Shown: piece by piece, positions 37,419 to 51,554 of the stretch | Layout of the letters: each line of letters starts with the position of its first letter | How positions within the stretch are numbered: the stretch's first letter is position 1 | DNA from: Monocercomonoides exilis PA203 | Taxonomy: Eukaryota; Protista; Preaxostyla | NCBI GenBank assembly: GCA_001643675.2 | Contig: LSRY02000008.1 | Location: 1-64,000 of the forward strand | DNA length: 64,000 nt | Reading direction: 5' to 3' | Notes under the pieces: model-generated | The model's database searches: none | What the model was told of the DNA's origin: nothing | The model's input: the letters and a program-made list of their open reading frames with translations, nothing else | Made by a program: the position numbers and the translations under genes

Positions 37419-40400
37419 TTTCATTTTATTTTTTTATTTTAATTCATACGAATTTGATGTTGTTTCTCAAAGACATTCTGCAAATAATTTGAAAAAAAAA
37501 AACATTCTGTAATTTTGATTTGGTTTTGATCCAGTTATTCGATTCGTTTTTTGATGGGATTGAGTATCAGTTCTTTGTGCGAATTCTAGATGGAGCTGGG
37601 GAGATAACTTTATCTGTGCCAAGCAATTGTCAAGCGCACTTGAAAAACATTTTGTTTTCGAACAGATTTTGAAGCATTCAATCGCACAGGCCTCGTTGCA
37701 AATTGCAAAGGCCAACATAAAATTTCACAAAATGCCTAATTCAATGTGTTTCAGATGTATATGCATTTTTTTTAAAAGCCAGATTTTTTATTTCCATGTG
37801 TGATTTTTCTCTTTTTGCGAAATGAATGTTTGAACAATTTTCATTTCGGGTGTTTCTTATCCGCGCTTCCAGAAGAAAAGGATGCTTTATTTTTGCAATG
37901 GGCAGATAGAACGATGCAAGCGAAGGAGGGAGTTGAATTTCATGAAAGAAGAAATGAATTTGTTTATGCAATTCTGATTTTATTCTCTTTTTGGAAGACT
38001 GCACCGACAAATGTGTCTTCGACATTTCCACTTTGTCGATTGTCCATCCTCGTATGGGAAGCGATATTGTGTCTTTGAAGAGAATTGCATTTCTTTTTTT
38101 GAAAAAATCGAATCATGAATAATTCACAAAGGCGACAAGCCAGTGGCTTTTCCGTTTGTTCTTGGAATCGGAAATGCTCATATGAATGGTTCATCATTGC
38201 CATTGAATGGAGGTTTGTTTATGTGTGTGCTGTTTAGCAACTTTTTCTTTTCCGAAATGGTCTGTATTTTGAAGGTATTTATTTTTTGTTTCCATTTCAC
38301 AATCTGCTTTCATTTTTTATTTATATCTTTTTGGATTTTTGTTCTTCTCAACAATTCTTTTGTGTGAAGTTGCATCATCGTCATTGGCTGCCTGCTCGAC
38401 AAGGTTCCGCTTCTTCACTCCACTTTCCCAACAAGAAAGCGAATGTATCTTTTTTCTTTCTTTTTTTGGAAGCGGAGCATCAACAGTCTGAGTGAAAGCT
38501 GCAACATATCTTCGCTCTCTTCCATTTGGAGAGAAATGGCACACGCAGTCAATCGGGGATGGGGCATGCTGAATGGATGAGAAGATTGTTGAAAGAAGGG
38601 GATTGGAAAGAGAGGAGCAGGATCATCTTCAAAGGCTGAGAGGGAAGGAGAGGGAAGGAGAGAGTAAGAGAAAAATGACGAATTTTGAGGGAAAGGGGAA
38701 AAAAAGGAGATGGAAATTGAAGACGCAAGAAGAAATGGAAGAATCGGAGCTTGTCAATGTCAGCTTCAGCCACTTCGACAGAAAGTGTTTTGAGTGATGA
38801 AAAGGAATGCTCTTCGGCAAGCTGTTCTGCAGCAGAGCAACAAACAGAACCAGAAGCAGAAGCAGGAGAAGAAGAGATTCATCCTCTTTCACATTCACCT
38901 TCGTGATCACACTTCATTTGCTTCATCATCATCATCTTCTTCTTCTTCCTCTTCCTCTTCCTCACTTTCATCTCAATTGCCAATCATATCAACACTTTCT
39001 TCATTCTCCTCCAAGGCATCTTCTCCTTCTTCTTGTTCATCAACTTCTTCTTCATCTTCCTCATCTTCCTCATTCTCCACTTGCCCTTCATCCAACCCCA
39101 AAAGTCTTCATTCATCATCTCATCCATCTCTCACCCCCAGCTGCAATGTGTGTGTGGATGAGCTGTTTGCTCTGAAGATGTTCTCTCTTTCAATCATGAC
39201 ATCTTCTTCTGTGCCAGCCAAACAGAAGTTTCCTCGTCTGCCACTCATCCATCGAATTGAAAGAAGCATTGAAGACATTCCAAGTGTATTGGAGAACAAG
39301 AGAAGAAAGTGAGAAAGAGGAGTTTGGGCTGAAGGAGAAGAAGGAAGAAGAGAGAAGGAAAGAGAGCTTTGAGTGGATGAAGACAGGAGCTAAGTCTGCA
39401 GAAGAAGAGAAGGAAGACGGCAAAGATTGAGATGAGATGATAATAAAGCGAATGCTGGTTGGGAAGAAGAAGAGAAAGAAGAAGAGAAAGAAGAGAGGGG
39501 AATGCAAAGCCAACATTCAGATCAATTAGACAGAAGACAGTTGAGCGATGAAGAAGTTCAAAGAGCAGAAGGAGATGAAAAGAAAGGAGAGAGAAGAAGA
39601 AGAAGGGCTGTTCAAAGAATACCAGAGGCAAAGAAAGATGAATGGAGAGAAACTTTTGGAGATATCGTCTTTCATTGCATCAGATTACAAACATCGCTTC
39701 AGAAGAAGAAGAAGAAGAAGAAGAAGAAGAAGAAGAAGAAGAAAAATCCCAAGAAAGGAACCTGCAAACATATGAAAAGCCACCAAAAGATCGAAAGAAA
39801 AGAGAAAGAGAGTTCAGAGGAGAGCGACAGGAAGACAAAGAAAGCAAACAGGAGATGAAGTGGACATGCTCATTGAGCAGCAGACGAAGCAAACAGCGAA
39901 GCGATTGAGCAGCCGATTTATTTGAATGCACAATCACACAGCAGGACACACGAGAAGCCAAGCTGACAGATGCAGAAAGAGGTGAAAGAGACGTGATGAG
40001 TTGTCAAAAACATAGAGAAGTGCAAAGGAAGTGCTGAAAACGGAGGCATCAAGGCAATTTGCATAAGATGCATGAATGTTAGGGGATAAGTGACAGCTGG
40101 GAAGAAGAGTGTCATTCAGACTTCTGCGAAAAGCATGCCAAGCCAGTTGAAGATTAACACTGTTCTTTGCATTTTCATTCAAAAAAGAAGAGAAGTTGAA
40201 AAGAGAAGAAAGAGAAGGAAGACAAGAACTTCGCTGTTATCCAGCTGCCCCGCAGAGGGACAAGGAAAGCTCATCAGATGCAGAATCAGCGGATGAAGAA
40301 GAAGCATCCACTTAAACCACCCCTTTGATTATCAGCTTTTTCTAATTCTTCATCCTTCTCTCTTAATGGGACATCTGGCTCAACACGCACAGAAGATGAG

Positions 40401-40829
40401 AAGAGGTGGATGAGCCACACGAGGAAGAAGAGGAGCTTTTGGGAAGGGAGGCCGATGAGGCATTGACCTAAAAAAGGGATGAAAAACGCGGAAAGGATGA
40501 AGGATGGCTCAGCGATAGCCAATTTTCTAATTGAAGTTGTGAAAGATGTGAACGAGAAACTCACACTCACAGAAAGAGAGCTGGAAATGAAGCATTCATC
40601 GAGGCTTTTGAAAAAGGAAAAGTGATTCATGAACATTTGGAGGAACACATATTGAGATCTGAGAATGGCAAAGAGGAGAACAGGAAAAAAAAATAAAATA
40701 ACGAAAGAAATTGTCACGGGACAGATTTATGGAGCAACAGAATCAGGAAGAGAAGAGAAGAGAAAGAGGAAAGAATAAAGAAAGAGGAAGAAGAAATGAA
40801 GAAGAGAGAAGAAGAAGAAAAGAAGAAGA

Positions 40830-40840
<11 letters not shown>

Positions 40841-40860
<20 letters not shown>

Positions 40861-41000
40861 GGAAGAAGAGGAAGAAGAGGAAGAGGAAGAGGAAGAGGAA
40901 GAGGAAGAGGAAGAGGAAGAGGAAGAGGAAGAGGAAGAGGAAGATGAGGAAGAGGAAGAGGAAGAGGAAGAGGAAGAGGAAGAGGAAGAAGAAGAAGAGG
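40841..41000 (+). repeat. Compound (GAGGAAGAA)n(GAGGAA)n microsatellite
   Basis: Directly visible. Confidence 0.9.
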
Positions 41001-42573
41001 AAGAAGGAGGAGGAAGAAGAAGAGGAATTTAATGAAGAAATAGGATTTTTATTAGAATTCATAGACTTTTGCAATATGTCTTGTCATTCTCTTTCTCTTC
41101 TTTCTCTTCTTTTCTTTCTCTTCTTTCTCTTCTTTTCTTTCTTCTTTCTCTCCTCTTCTTCTTCTTTCTCCTCTTCTTCTCGTTCTTCTTCTCTTTCTCT
41201 TTCTCTTTCTCTTTCTCTTCTTCCTCTTTTTCCTCTTCTTTGCCTTCTTCTTCATTTGTTTTGTTTTCCAATATCCTCAAAGAATGTTATGTTCGTTTGT
41301 GTTGTCAACTCAAAAGGATAAACATCATTTTCAGTTTCAAAAGGAAAAGACAAGAATGTTATTCGAATTCTGCCAATTAGCAACAGATGTCAATCTTCGT
41401 TGATTTATTGCAGATTATCAGGCACATTATTTGGATTTCTATTTTCAAACAAACTTGAACTGCACGATTCAGATGCGACATTTTCATTAATCAACGCCAT
41501 CACATTAAGCCTTCGAATCATTTTCTCACAAATTTGATCAGATTATTTATTGAATTTTCTATCACCTTGCCCTCTTCGCCTTCATCTTTTTCATTTTCGC
41601 ATTTTTTAAACACTTTCTGCTGGTTCAGAGAATCGAACTACAAACACAATTAAACCATTCAATTCGGCAGAGCCACCAAATTAATCCGAAAATTATTTCA
41701 TTTTCTTTCCTTCATCTCTTCAGTCAATCGATAAAAGAGCTTTCTTTTCATTTTTCAATCACGACTCCAACGAAGAAAAAAGGCAATTTGGATAAATTCA
41801 TTCATTTCATTCAAATCAACTCTTTCTTCAATGAACAACAAAAATGATACTGTTTTTTTCATTTCATTCAACTTTCATCGAGTTCAGTGCCACACCTCAT
41901 CCTTCGTTGCAACTTGAAAGAAACAAAGAAATACTTATTCTCGATGATACATCAGCTGAAGTTATATTTCGACGGAAGTGATTCTCCACAAAGCAAAGAA
42001 AAGTTTGCACGTTATCAACAACTGAATCAATTCTGGGTTTTTCGTTTTTTGATTGAAAGAATTCACAGAAAACAGAAGGAGCAGGGCAGAAGACGTTATT
42101 TAGAACGAACGATGATGTAAATGATCTTTGAGAGATTTCACAACATCAAAATCACAACAAATAGTTGAAAATGAAACGAGGAAGAAAAGCAATTAAGAGG
42201 AAATGGCATATTTGAAGAAAAATTATATAAGGCAGTAGAGTGAATCGGATATAAGCAAGTTGAAATCGGAAAGTTGAGGAAATAAAAGTTTTTGAAAAAC
42301 TGTCAGCTCTGATCGAATGAATACATTTTGAAGAGAAGAGAGCAATGAATCAATTTTTCTGCAGCGTCATTTTCATTGGATGAAGAAGAGAAGTCAAATG
42401 AGGAAATATCGAAGAGATATAGATTTCTGAGAGGACGTTAAGGATTTTTGAAAAAATAAGCGATGATATGTGCATCAGTTGAAAGTGATATGAAAGTTCA
42501 TGAATATATACATGATATGGAAAATTATCAGAATTGGAAGAAATAGTTGTGAAAATTATGAGAAAGTTTATCA

Positions 42574-43410
42574 TTTCCAGTGATTTTTGTTTCAGCTACG
42601 CTGAAAGTGAGTGTTTGAATGGGAACAAATGTTGAGGAAAGAAGAGTGAGGGAGGCGTCTTGGGTATCTGTCATGCGAACAAGAGCGAATTCTATTGTTT
42701 TGCATGGAATGAGCTGTGTGATTCCGCAGAGATCGGTGTTTGCTCCATTATTTGACACGATTTTGAATGTTGTTATGAGAGGAAGCCATCTGTTGTACTC
42801 TACATCATCAGCAGTTCCTGCATTCCAGACTCTTTTTGATTCTGTTGTTGATCCACATTGCTGGAATGGAGATTGGGTGTTGCATTGCCATGAAGAACAC
42901 ATCGTTTCCTTTGCCATTTGTTGCGGAGATGCCATCGAAGAAACAGAATTAGATGAATTTCATTCTATTCATCCAAAAATAAGTTTAATAGAAAAAAATG
43001 GCGGCACCTCCAAATGAGGAAGAAGCAGTCAGTTTGTTATTTGTGAATTGACAGTCATTAACAAAAAACAGGTTGAGCTTGTTATTCGGAGGATAACGAA
43101 ATGTTAAAGAACCAGCCGCATCTCCGCCAGTATTTGCAATGCAGACGCAACTTTTGAATAGGAATTTTGCATCTGATGGTGTGTAATAGAGGGAAAAGTG
43201 CCAACCAATTCCGCAATAGTTTGTTATTGAACAACTTTAAACTCTGTTTTCTGAGAATGTCCAAACAGAATTCGTTTGCGGATACATTGTGTGAACTGCT
43301 CCTCCATGAGCAGCCGAACAATTCGTGAAATTTGATTTTGCGAAATTGACATTTTCCAAATATCTGCAAAATAATACTCCACCTCCATACTCTTTTTCTA
43401 AACAAAAACA
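42574..43410 (-). pseudogene. Second beta-helix gene fragment, frameshifted
   Basis: QSPFQQCGSTTESKRVWNAGTA...CGITQLIPCKTIEFAL paralogous to 14303..14717; reading frame broken. Confidence 0.65.
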
Positions 43411-44178
43411 ATTGTGAAATTAACACAATGAAATTCTGAGATTTGCATTTTCACATTCAACAGGAAGAGCATTACCCCAACTATCTCCACTTTTTGTCTA
43501 TTCCCATTCGCACAGCTTCAAGCGATGGCTGTTCTCATCAAAAGAAGTCAATCTTCCAGGTTTCATTTTGTGATATTCAATGTCAATTTCTCATCAACAT
43601 TTTGCGAAGAGAGAATTTGGTGGAGGTTTGAGAATCGAAGCCCAAAAAATGTTAATGAACTTTTTTTCGAAATTCAATGGAATTGACATAATTGTACGAT
43701 TACAATTCAGCCAACTTGTTGATGTTAAATATTTTTCAACAAACATTCAAAGAGAAAACACAAAAGAACAAAAAGGGAAATAGCATTTGATTACAATGTT
43801 TTGGGGAAAGAGAAATCGAAGTGAGAGTGAAGTGAGAAATTGTGGATGAAAAGAGAAGTGGTTTGTTTCAGAAGATATCAATCAAAGAACAAAAGTGTGA
43901 AATGCTTAACTCAATCACTTCAACATTGCAACAATAAAAAATATCAAAAAAAGCGAAAGAGGAGAAACAAAAATTCAGAATTACCTGATTTTGATATGTT
44001 TATATATATCAACGAATTTCGAAATGAAAATACGAATATTACTAAAAGGCTAGCATTTTCCGTCTTTGACAAGAGGAAAAACAATTTGTTTGTTGAAATG
44101 AATTCATACAGATTCTCGTCGATGTGCTTGTGTTGAATGAGAGAAGAGAACAATTTCTTTTCTCAAGTTGGAAAACAG

Positions 44179-45654
44179 TCATGTGGATTTATCGGTCTTC
44201 ATCCATTGAGGCGGTTCTGTCTGAACAAAGAATTCCCAGAGTTTGGCCATTGTCCATCCACTCTTATTGCAAAGCGTTTTGTCGTGTCTCATCCACTTCG
44301 GCGGTTCTGTTTTAACTTGCTTGATCCAGTGCATGGCCATTGTTCTGCCATTCTTGTCGGAAAGTGTGATGCTGTGTCTCATCCATTCTGGCGGTTCTGA
44401 TTTCAACCAAAAAATCCACAGCATGGCCATCGTTAGTCCATTACAATCGTTCAAAAAAGCGTCATGTCTCATCCAAGTTGGCGGTTCTGTTTTCACTCTT
44501 TCTATCCAGTGCATTGCCATTGTTTTTCCATCATTATCAGAACGTGTTATTTCATGTCTTATTACTCCAGGTGGTTCTGTCTTTTTCTCAACAATCCACT
44601 TCATTGCTTCTGTTCTTCCATTTTCGTCAGCAAGTGTATTGTCGTGTGTCATCCACTCAGGTGGTTCACTCTTAGCTTTATTTCTCCAATAATTTGCCAT
44701 TGTCCATCCGTTCTTATCTTTCAGCGAAATGTTATGTCTCATCCATTCTGGAGGTTCTGCTTGAACAAACTGAATCCACAGCATGGCCATTGTGATTCCA
44801 TTCTTATTGGCAAGTGTGATATCGTGTCTCATCCATTCTGGCGGCTCTGTTTTGAAATTATAAATCCATAGCATGGCCATTGTTGCTCCGTTGTTGTTGC
44901 TAAGTGCAATATTATGTCTCATCCATTCTGGAGGTTCTGTTTTGATCTCTTGAATCCAAAGCATGGACATTGTCCAACCATCTTTCTGAGTTAGTGTAAT
45001 ATCGTGTCTCATCCACTCTGGCGGCTCTGTTTGAACAAACTGAATCCAGAACATAACCATTGTCCAACCTTCCTTATTTGCGAGTGTTATATCATGTCTC
45101 ATCCACATTGGTGGCTCTGTCTTCACATATTCAATCCATATCATTGCCATTGTTCCACCACAATTGTTGCCAAGTGTTATATCATGTCTCGTCCATTCTG
45201 GCGGCTCCTTTTCAACAAATTGAATCCACAACATAGCCATTGTTGATCCATAATTATTTCGGTGTGTAATATCGTGCCTCATCCATTCCGGTGGTTCTGT
45301 CTTGACAAAGCGAATCCAATACATAGCCATCGTCCATCCGCCTTTATCAGCAAGTAAAATATCGTGTCTCATCCATTCTGGTGGATAGGTTTGAACAAAC
45401 TGAATCCACAGCATGGCCATTGTTGATTCATAATTGTTGCGAAGTGTAATGTCATGCCTCATCCATTCTGGTGGTTCTGTTTTGACAAAGCAAATCCATA
45501 ACATTGCCATTGTCCAGCCATCCTGATCAACAAGCGTTATTTCATGTCGAATTTCCAACGGAGGATTTGTCTTTTTCTCAATGATGCAACGCATAGTCTC
45601 TGTTCTTCCTTTATCATCCCTCTTCGTTGTTAAAGCATCACTGTCGATCTTCAT
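44179..45654 (-). CDS. Intronless 30-aa tandem-repeat protein (16 repeats), paralogue of 11901..13106
   Basis: 491-aa ORF with the same consensus; exactly 90 aa (3 repeats) longer. Confidence 0.85.
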   Translation of the reverse strand: MKIDSDALTTKRDDKGRTETMRCIIEKKTNPPLEIRHEITLVDQDGWTMAMLWICFVKTEPPEWMRHDITLRNNYESTMAMLWIQFVQTYPPEWMRHDILLADKGGWTMAMYWIRFVKTEPPEWMRHDITHRNNYGSTMAMLWIQFVEKEPPEWTRHDITLGNNCGGTMAMIWIEYVKTEPPMWMRHDITLANKEGWTMVMFWIQFVQTEPPEWMRHDITLTQKDGWTMSMLWIQEIKTEPPEWMRHNIALSNNNGATMAMLWIYNFKTEPPEWMRHDITLANKNGITMAMLWIQFVQAEPPEWMRHNISLKDKNGWTMANYWRNKAKSEPPEWMTHDNTLADENGRTEAMKWIVEKKTEPPGVIRHEITRSDNDGKTMAMHWIERVKTEPPTWMRHDAFLNDCNGLTMAMLWIFWLKSEPPEWMRHSITLSDKNGRTMAMHWIKQVKTEPPKWMRHDKTLCNKSGWTMAKLWEFFVQTEPPQWMKTDKST

Positions 45655-46460
45655 TTTGATTGAAATTAAGATCAGAAGATATTTATTTGTTGCTCACGAT
45701 CGTTCTTTTCAATTTATGCAACAGATCATTTCTCACAAAAACTTTATAATGGCCCATTATTTTTTTGTTTTTGGAATAAATAAATTTTCAAATGTTGATA
45801 AAATTTGAAAAGAATAAAACATGTTTACCAAAGAAAAAGAATATTTTCACGTTGATAAGAAATTGATTTTATTAGTAAGAAAAATAGTCATTTCTTACAC
45901 TTCTGAAGAAAATGTTTTTCTCTTATATTTTTTGATTACCATCGTTCTGAAAACACACACTTTTTCAAAAACTGTGGAATATTCTTCTTGGATCATTTTT
46001 CACATATTTTTTAAAATGTTTTAAGTGAGAATGGTTTTGCTTTTTTTGGAAAAAAACCAAACATCCTGATTAATAACAATCTTTTCATTTGTTCACGAAT
46101 AAGTCACAACATAATCACTTTATCATTGAGTGAATTGAATAAAATTTTTAATCCAAAGTCAAGACAATTTAGAAATTCTTCACGATATGAAGGAAAATAT
46201 GTAACTTCAAACTTTTTTTATTGAAAAATTATGCACTTTTCATTGACTTTTTTGGATCAAAAACACAATAAAAATGTGTTGATTTTTTGATATTCGTGAA
46301 ATGTCACAATTCTTCATGTTTTGATTTCAATGATCCCTGTTTATAATTATGAAAATCAAATTTATTTTGAATTCTGATAAAGGGAAATATAGTTATGAGT
46401 GAAACAATATTTTTTGTTCTTTGTGAATAAAAAGCTTGAATGTTCATATTTTCCCCCAAA

Positions 46461-46910
46461 CAGTCAAAACCGGATATAATCACGTCGAATATAATCACAT
46501 TCGTTTATTGTCACATTTTTCGATGCACCGATAATTTTTGCTTGTTTTTCATTCATTTTCAATCGCATATAATCACAGGGCTGAAAATATATAATCACAT
46601 TTTTTGTTATTATGTGTGGTTTTCTCAATGAAAAATCGATTTTTTAATCAAAAATTTCAGTTTTTTGATTTTTCAAAATTATGTTTCAATAAGTCTAACT
46701 GACATATTAATATTCAAAAAATTGTTATATCTATTGAAAAATGCGTTTTTATGAAGAATTTCAGAAAATTGAAAATTTGACCCAAAATAAATAAATTTAT
46801 TGACAGATTTTTGTCTTCTTCTGTGTAAAGTTGCATCGTTTATAATCACAATCGGATATAGTCACAGAAAATTGTGCAAAAACCGATGTAATTATATCCG
46901 GTTAAGACTG
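46461..46910. mobile_element. Non-autonomous pogo/Tigger-type MITE (~450 bp)
   Basis: TIRs CAGTCAAAACCGGATATAATCAC / GTAATTATATCCGGTTAAGACTG; TA on the right flank, AA on the left; internal repeats of ATATAATCAC. Confidence 0.75.
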
Positions 46911-47912
46911 TATTATCATCATCATTAAACAAAATGCAAATCTATTTTTTCTCAACTTAGCCTTTCTCTCAATTCACACTCGTTAGATGTCGTTTCATAA
47001 CTTGTGTTCTTCTAATAAAAATCAATTTTGTTTCTCAGTAATTTCCTTTCCTGACTTCTTGATTGCTTCACTTTTTTGATTCACATTTTCACTGGAATGT
47101 TGTATCATTTTTGTTTGGTTCATTTGCCACAGATGTTTCCTCACTTTCTACTGGATTGAAGTTACTGCTATCCATATGACTTGTTCTTGTTTTTATCCTT
47201 GAGTTTGTGGGAGAAAAATATCAAAACAACTCTGATTCCCAGTTTTATTTAGTCTCTGTTCTTAGCGAAACCAGTGAATCAGTTACTCTTAACAGAACAG
47301 GTTCATCCATCACATGCCAAACTCCATTTTTCTGAAAATCACTTTCAATTGTTGATGATGATGTTGAAGAAGTGAGTTCTTCAAAAAGATTCAAGCCAAT
47401 TCATTTCAAAAAGTTAAAGAAGAATGTCGCAACTGTGGGTTGAAATTGAAATTAAATGTTTATTGTATCCGACAAAAATGCTGCTTCCGCATGGATGAAG
47501 AAGATGGTTGAGATCCGAAAGAAATCTCATTCTGATAATAACAAGTTTATCTGCACATTTCACAATTTTTTCATTGATATGAAAAGGATTATTATCAAGA
47601 ACAAAACAAGATAATCACATGTTAAATAGTTTCATAAATGTTTTGATCAAAAGAATAAAATAAGAAATCAATATGTTCTCAAAAATAAATTTTTTTTATT
47701 TCCATTCTGAAGATAATGAGAAAAAATGAATGTGAAATGGCGAAGGTGGAAATCGTACCACTTTCGATTTGCATTTTTTCAAATTTTGAATATTGTAGCG
47801 ATATTCTGCATGATTTAACGAAACGATTCAAGGAGGGAAATTTCGGAATTCGATCAAAAAATTGACAACAGAACTTACAATTTTAAAAACCCATAATTCT
47901 TTTTATGTTGAT

Positions 47913-50900
47913 TAGACCTGTGCGACAAGTGGTAAATTTTGTCAGTAACTGACACAGGTGACCGACAGGACAATTGATTCTGATCACAACCACAATTGTT
48001 TTTTGAATAACTCATTTTTTGTTATTTTTGAAATATTGAATTAATATACGAAAAATATTTATTATTTAATTTGACCATTTAACAGGATGTTTTTTTTATA
48101 TCAAAAGGGTGATTATTTTTGAAATCATATTTTTTCAAACAAAATTTTTGGTTTAGAAAATGATCTTGAATTTAATCTAATGAACATTGAAAAGTGAAAA
48201 GACTTTTTGAACACATTTTAATCTTTGATTCGGAATGACCATTTGTTATTAGAAACAATTATCAAACTTTTTCTCTTTTGAATTTAATTTTTCTTTCAAA
48301 AACTAACAATCTTTGAAAACTGACACACCGAAAAAAGTTATGATATAAAAAATAATCACACAAGATTTTGTATTTTCTGAAAAAATACATGACATATTTG
48401 TTTTGTACCAAATAATCGTCCATCGTGCTTTTATTTGCTGTACAAATATTTTGTTTTAAAAAAACATTATTCTGGAAAAATTGCACACACATTTTTTTGA
48501 TTTTTCTTTATCAAATAAACCAAAATGAAAATTTCAATGACAGGATCAGCGAAACTTGGAAATTTTTAAGTCAATGGAAGAAACTTCTGTCACTGACTTG
48601 ATACAATGTCAATTTTTTGAAAAGGTTTCAAAAAGGAACATTTAAGCTTTACAGACTATTAAGCTGTTGAAATGAGTTTGATTTATTTTTCCATGAATGA
48701 CAACCATTACTTTTCGTTTCATATTTGTTTGACATTCTTTTTAAATGAAAGAAGCAAATACATATTCCAGAAAAAGATCAAAAGATGTTCATTGAACGAA
48801 CATTTCATTCAATAATCGTTTCGAAAAAAATATGTTTGATTATTACATTTTATTGTTCTTCCTTGATTGATAACCAGTTTTATTTGAAATTTTTGTCTGA
48901 ATTAAAATATCAACCTCAAAAACAAAACGAACAATTGAAATGATAATCATTCCATATCCTTTTGAGATCGCAACTGTTTTTCAACATTGTTGAAAATATA
49001 TATTGCCTGCTCATAAGAAAAACCGAAACGAAAATTTTCACTTCTTTGTGAAAAAATGGTTGAAATTTTCACATTTGATTTAGAAAAAGCAACACGCCTG
49101 TAGAATTATTAGCAAAAATGAACAGGAATAGCTGAACTTCTATTGCTTCACGTGGATGTTTCACATGACATAAATGAAATAAAGTTTTTTTCTATTTTCA
49201 CCTTGTGCATTCTGCATATATTTTTCAGTGGCTTCAAGAAAATTGATATATTTGCAAAATATACTTTTAACCTTTCAAAAACTTGTTCTCAAATTACTCG
49301 ATTCACTTGCGCTTCGACTTTTTCTTCTCTATTTGAACCATCTTCGAAAACAAGTCCGCTTTCTCAGCCCCACTTGAGCCTATTCATATTCTTCAAAACA
49401 ATTCTATATCAAAAAAAGAGTGAAACACCTAAAGAAAGCAAAACTTAGAATGGAGGAATTACAACCAAATTGAATGATGCGATATAAGAAGAGGAAATTC
49501 TGCAAAGGATAAACAATGAAATGCTGAGCAATGAACTCAGAATATTTGTTCCTTTTAGAAAACAAAATCAAAAAGTTTTTTGAGAAAGATCACAGAAGAA
49601 GAAGAATAAAAGGAGAATTTTTATAATCAAGAATAACCATGTTTTTTGCTTTGCAGTTAAAATCACTTCATTTTCCAAAAAGAAAAAAAGAATTATTAAA
49701 TGACTTTAACTTCATGCTTTCTATTTTGAGAAATGATTCATTTAAAATACAAAAATTGGGGAGTATTTTACTGAGCATCTTATCTAAAAACCTTTCCAAA
49801 ACAATCAAAAATATTTTATGATCACTGTGATAACTTTCGTTGGATTTAAAATCAAAAAATTCATGAAATCTTGTGATGATATCTTTGAATCCTTCTTTTT
49901 CTATATTTTCAAATGCTTCATTTTTCAACACTTTTATTATCGCTCTTTCAATTTTATCATCCATTTCTTCATTCATTCGTTCAGAAATATATATGGAATT
50001 GCAAACAAATATACAGAATTTTCTCATCCACTGTTGAAAAATTATTCTCCTTGAGTATGATATCAATAGCTACTCAATTTCAAAGGTCATGAACATTTGA
50101 CATATCCATTTTCAGCTGTTTCATGTAATAAAATAAATGCTTTTCTAGCTTATTGTTCGTTTATTGTCCTTTGATGGTCAATACACCTGAACAATGCCAT
50201 CGATAAGCCAAACATATTTAACATTCCACAATTTGCATCTGATGAAAAAAACTATTCAAAAATTACAGTCACTCCTAATTATTGTTGTTTCTTTCGTTTA
50301 TTTTTCTTTTCTTTTTTCTTCTTTTCTCCTCCAATCCACCCTTCTTACCAGCTTGTCTTATTCCTTCATTGCATCTCTTGCAAAATGCAGCTCTTCGCAA
50401 TTATGTATACATAAAATCCTTTGGTGCAAAAGCAGTCTATAAAAAACTTCCAAGCAGATTGTTGTGAGAATCGTGTGAAATTGAAATACTCTTTATAATA
50501 TTCAATCATCTCTTTTTTTCATTCGAAAACATTTCTTTTTCGACAAAATGACAAAAAAGGAGAGAAAAAATTTTGCAATAACATTAAAGAAAAAGAAAAC
50601 GATCAAACGAGATATTCAACATTGCTCAAAGCCGGCAAAGCCTTCTCCACTTCTATTTTTATTTCTTTATTTTCCTTTTTGTTCGACGCATCCTTCAGAA
50701 GATAAGGCACACTTATTGAAAACAATTCTTTTGGCAAGATCCCAACGCAGTCAAGTTATATTAAATAACATTCGCATCGATGGATAAAAAGCATTTCATT
50801 CTTTTCTTCTTTTTAATATTCATTATTTATCATCTTTTCAATTTTCACATTCAATGTGGAGTTATTAAAGCTGTTAATCCATAAATTTTTTAGCAATATG

Positions 50901-51509
50901 CAGTTTTCGATGAGCTTCATTTGCAAAATAACATTCTTTGAAGGCAGTTTTCTTTCTTCAATCATTTTCCCCATTGCTTTGAGCAGTTCATTCGTAAAAA
51001 TTTCATTCGAAACATCTTTGACAATCCATGTCATTAATCCTTTCAATCCTTCGCTTTTCTGTTTCTGCCTTTCGATATTCCAATGGTTTTGTTCATAAAA
51101 CAATTCTGAGCAAAAAATTTATAGAATCGAAATATAATCAGCAAAAATTCAAATTCATTAATTGATACAAACAAGTTTATTTTTTCAGCGGTATCACTCA
51201 ATTGCATTTTCGATAATTCATTTTTGACAGAAAACTGCAATTGTCTGAAATCTTTATGAGTTGGTGCAAGTTCGAAGAGAAGAAAATCGCAAAAAAATAA
51301 AAATCAAAAAATGAAAAAAAAAGATTTCTTTCACAATGTTCCATTTTATATCGGACATTTCGCAAAGTATTTCAAAGAAATATTTATATTTATTGTTTGA
51401 TAATATTATAATGGTTATTGAAATCATAATTTTTTCTTCATGAACTACATTTTTTCCTGAATAATAAAAATAATTTATTTTTAAGAAAAAATGTTATGCT
51501 CAATATTAC

Positions 51510-51554
<45 letters not shown>

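Larger units (their letters stand above)
42574..45844 (-). repeat. Right copy of the ~3-kb inverted segmental duplication
   Basis: Reverse-complement match to 11710-14717. Confidence 0.92.

Noticed and set aside
37450-42500. Coding-like plus-strand region with poly-Glu and poly-Ser tracts
   Set aside because: Many stops and no recognisable domain; cannot support a call
51514-51554. Poly-T run as retrocopy poly(A) tail
   Set aside because: It lies upstream of the minus-strand pseudogene, which retains an intron, so it is not that gene's tail
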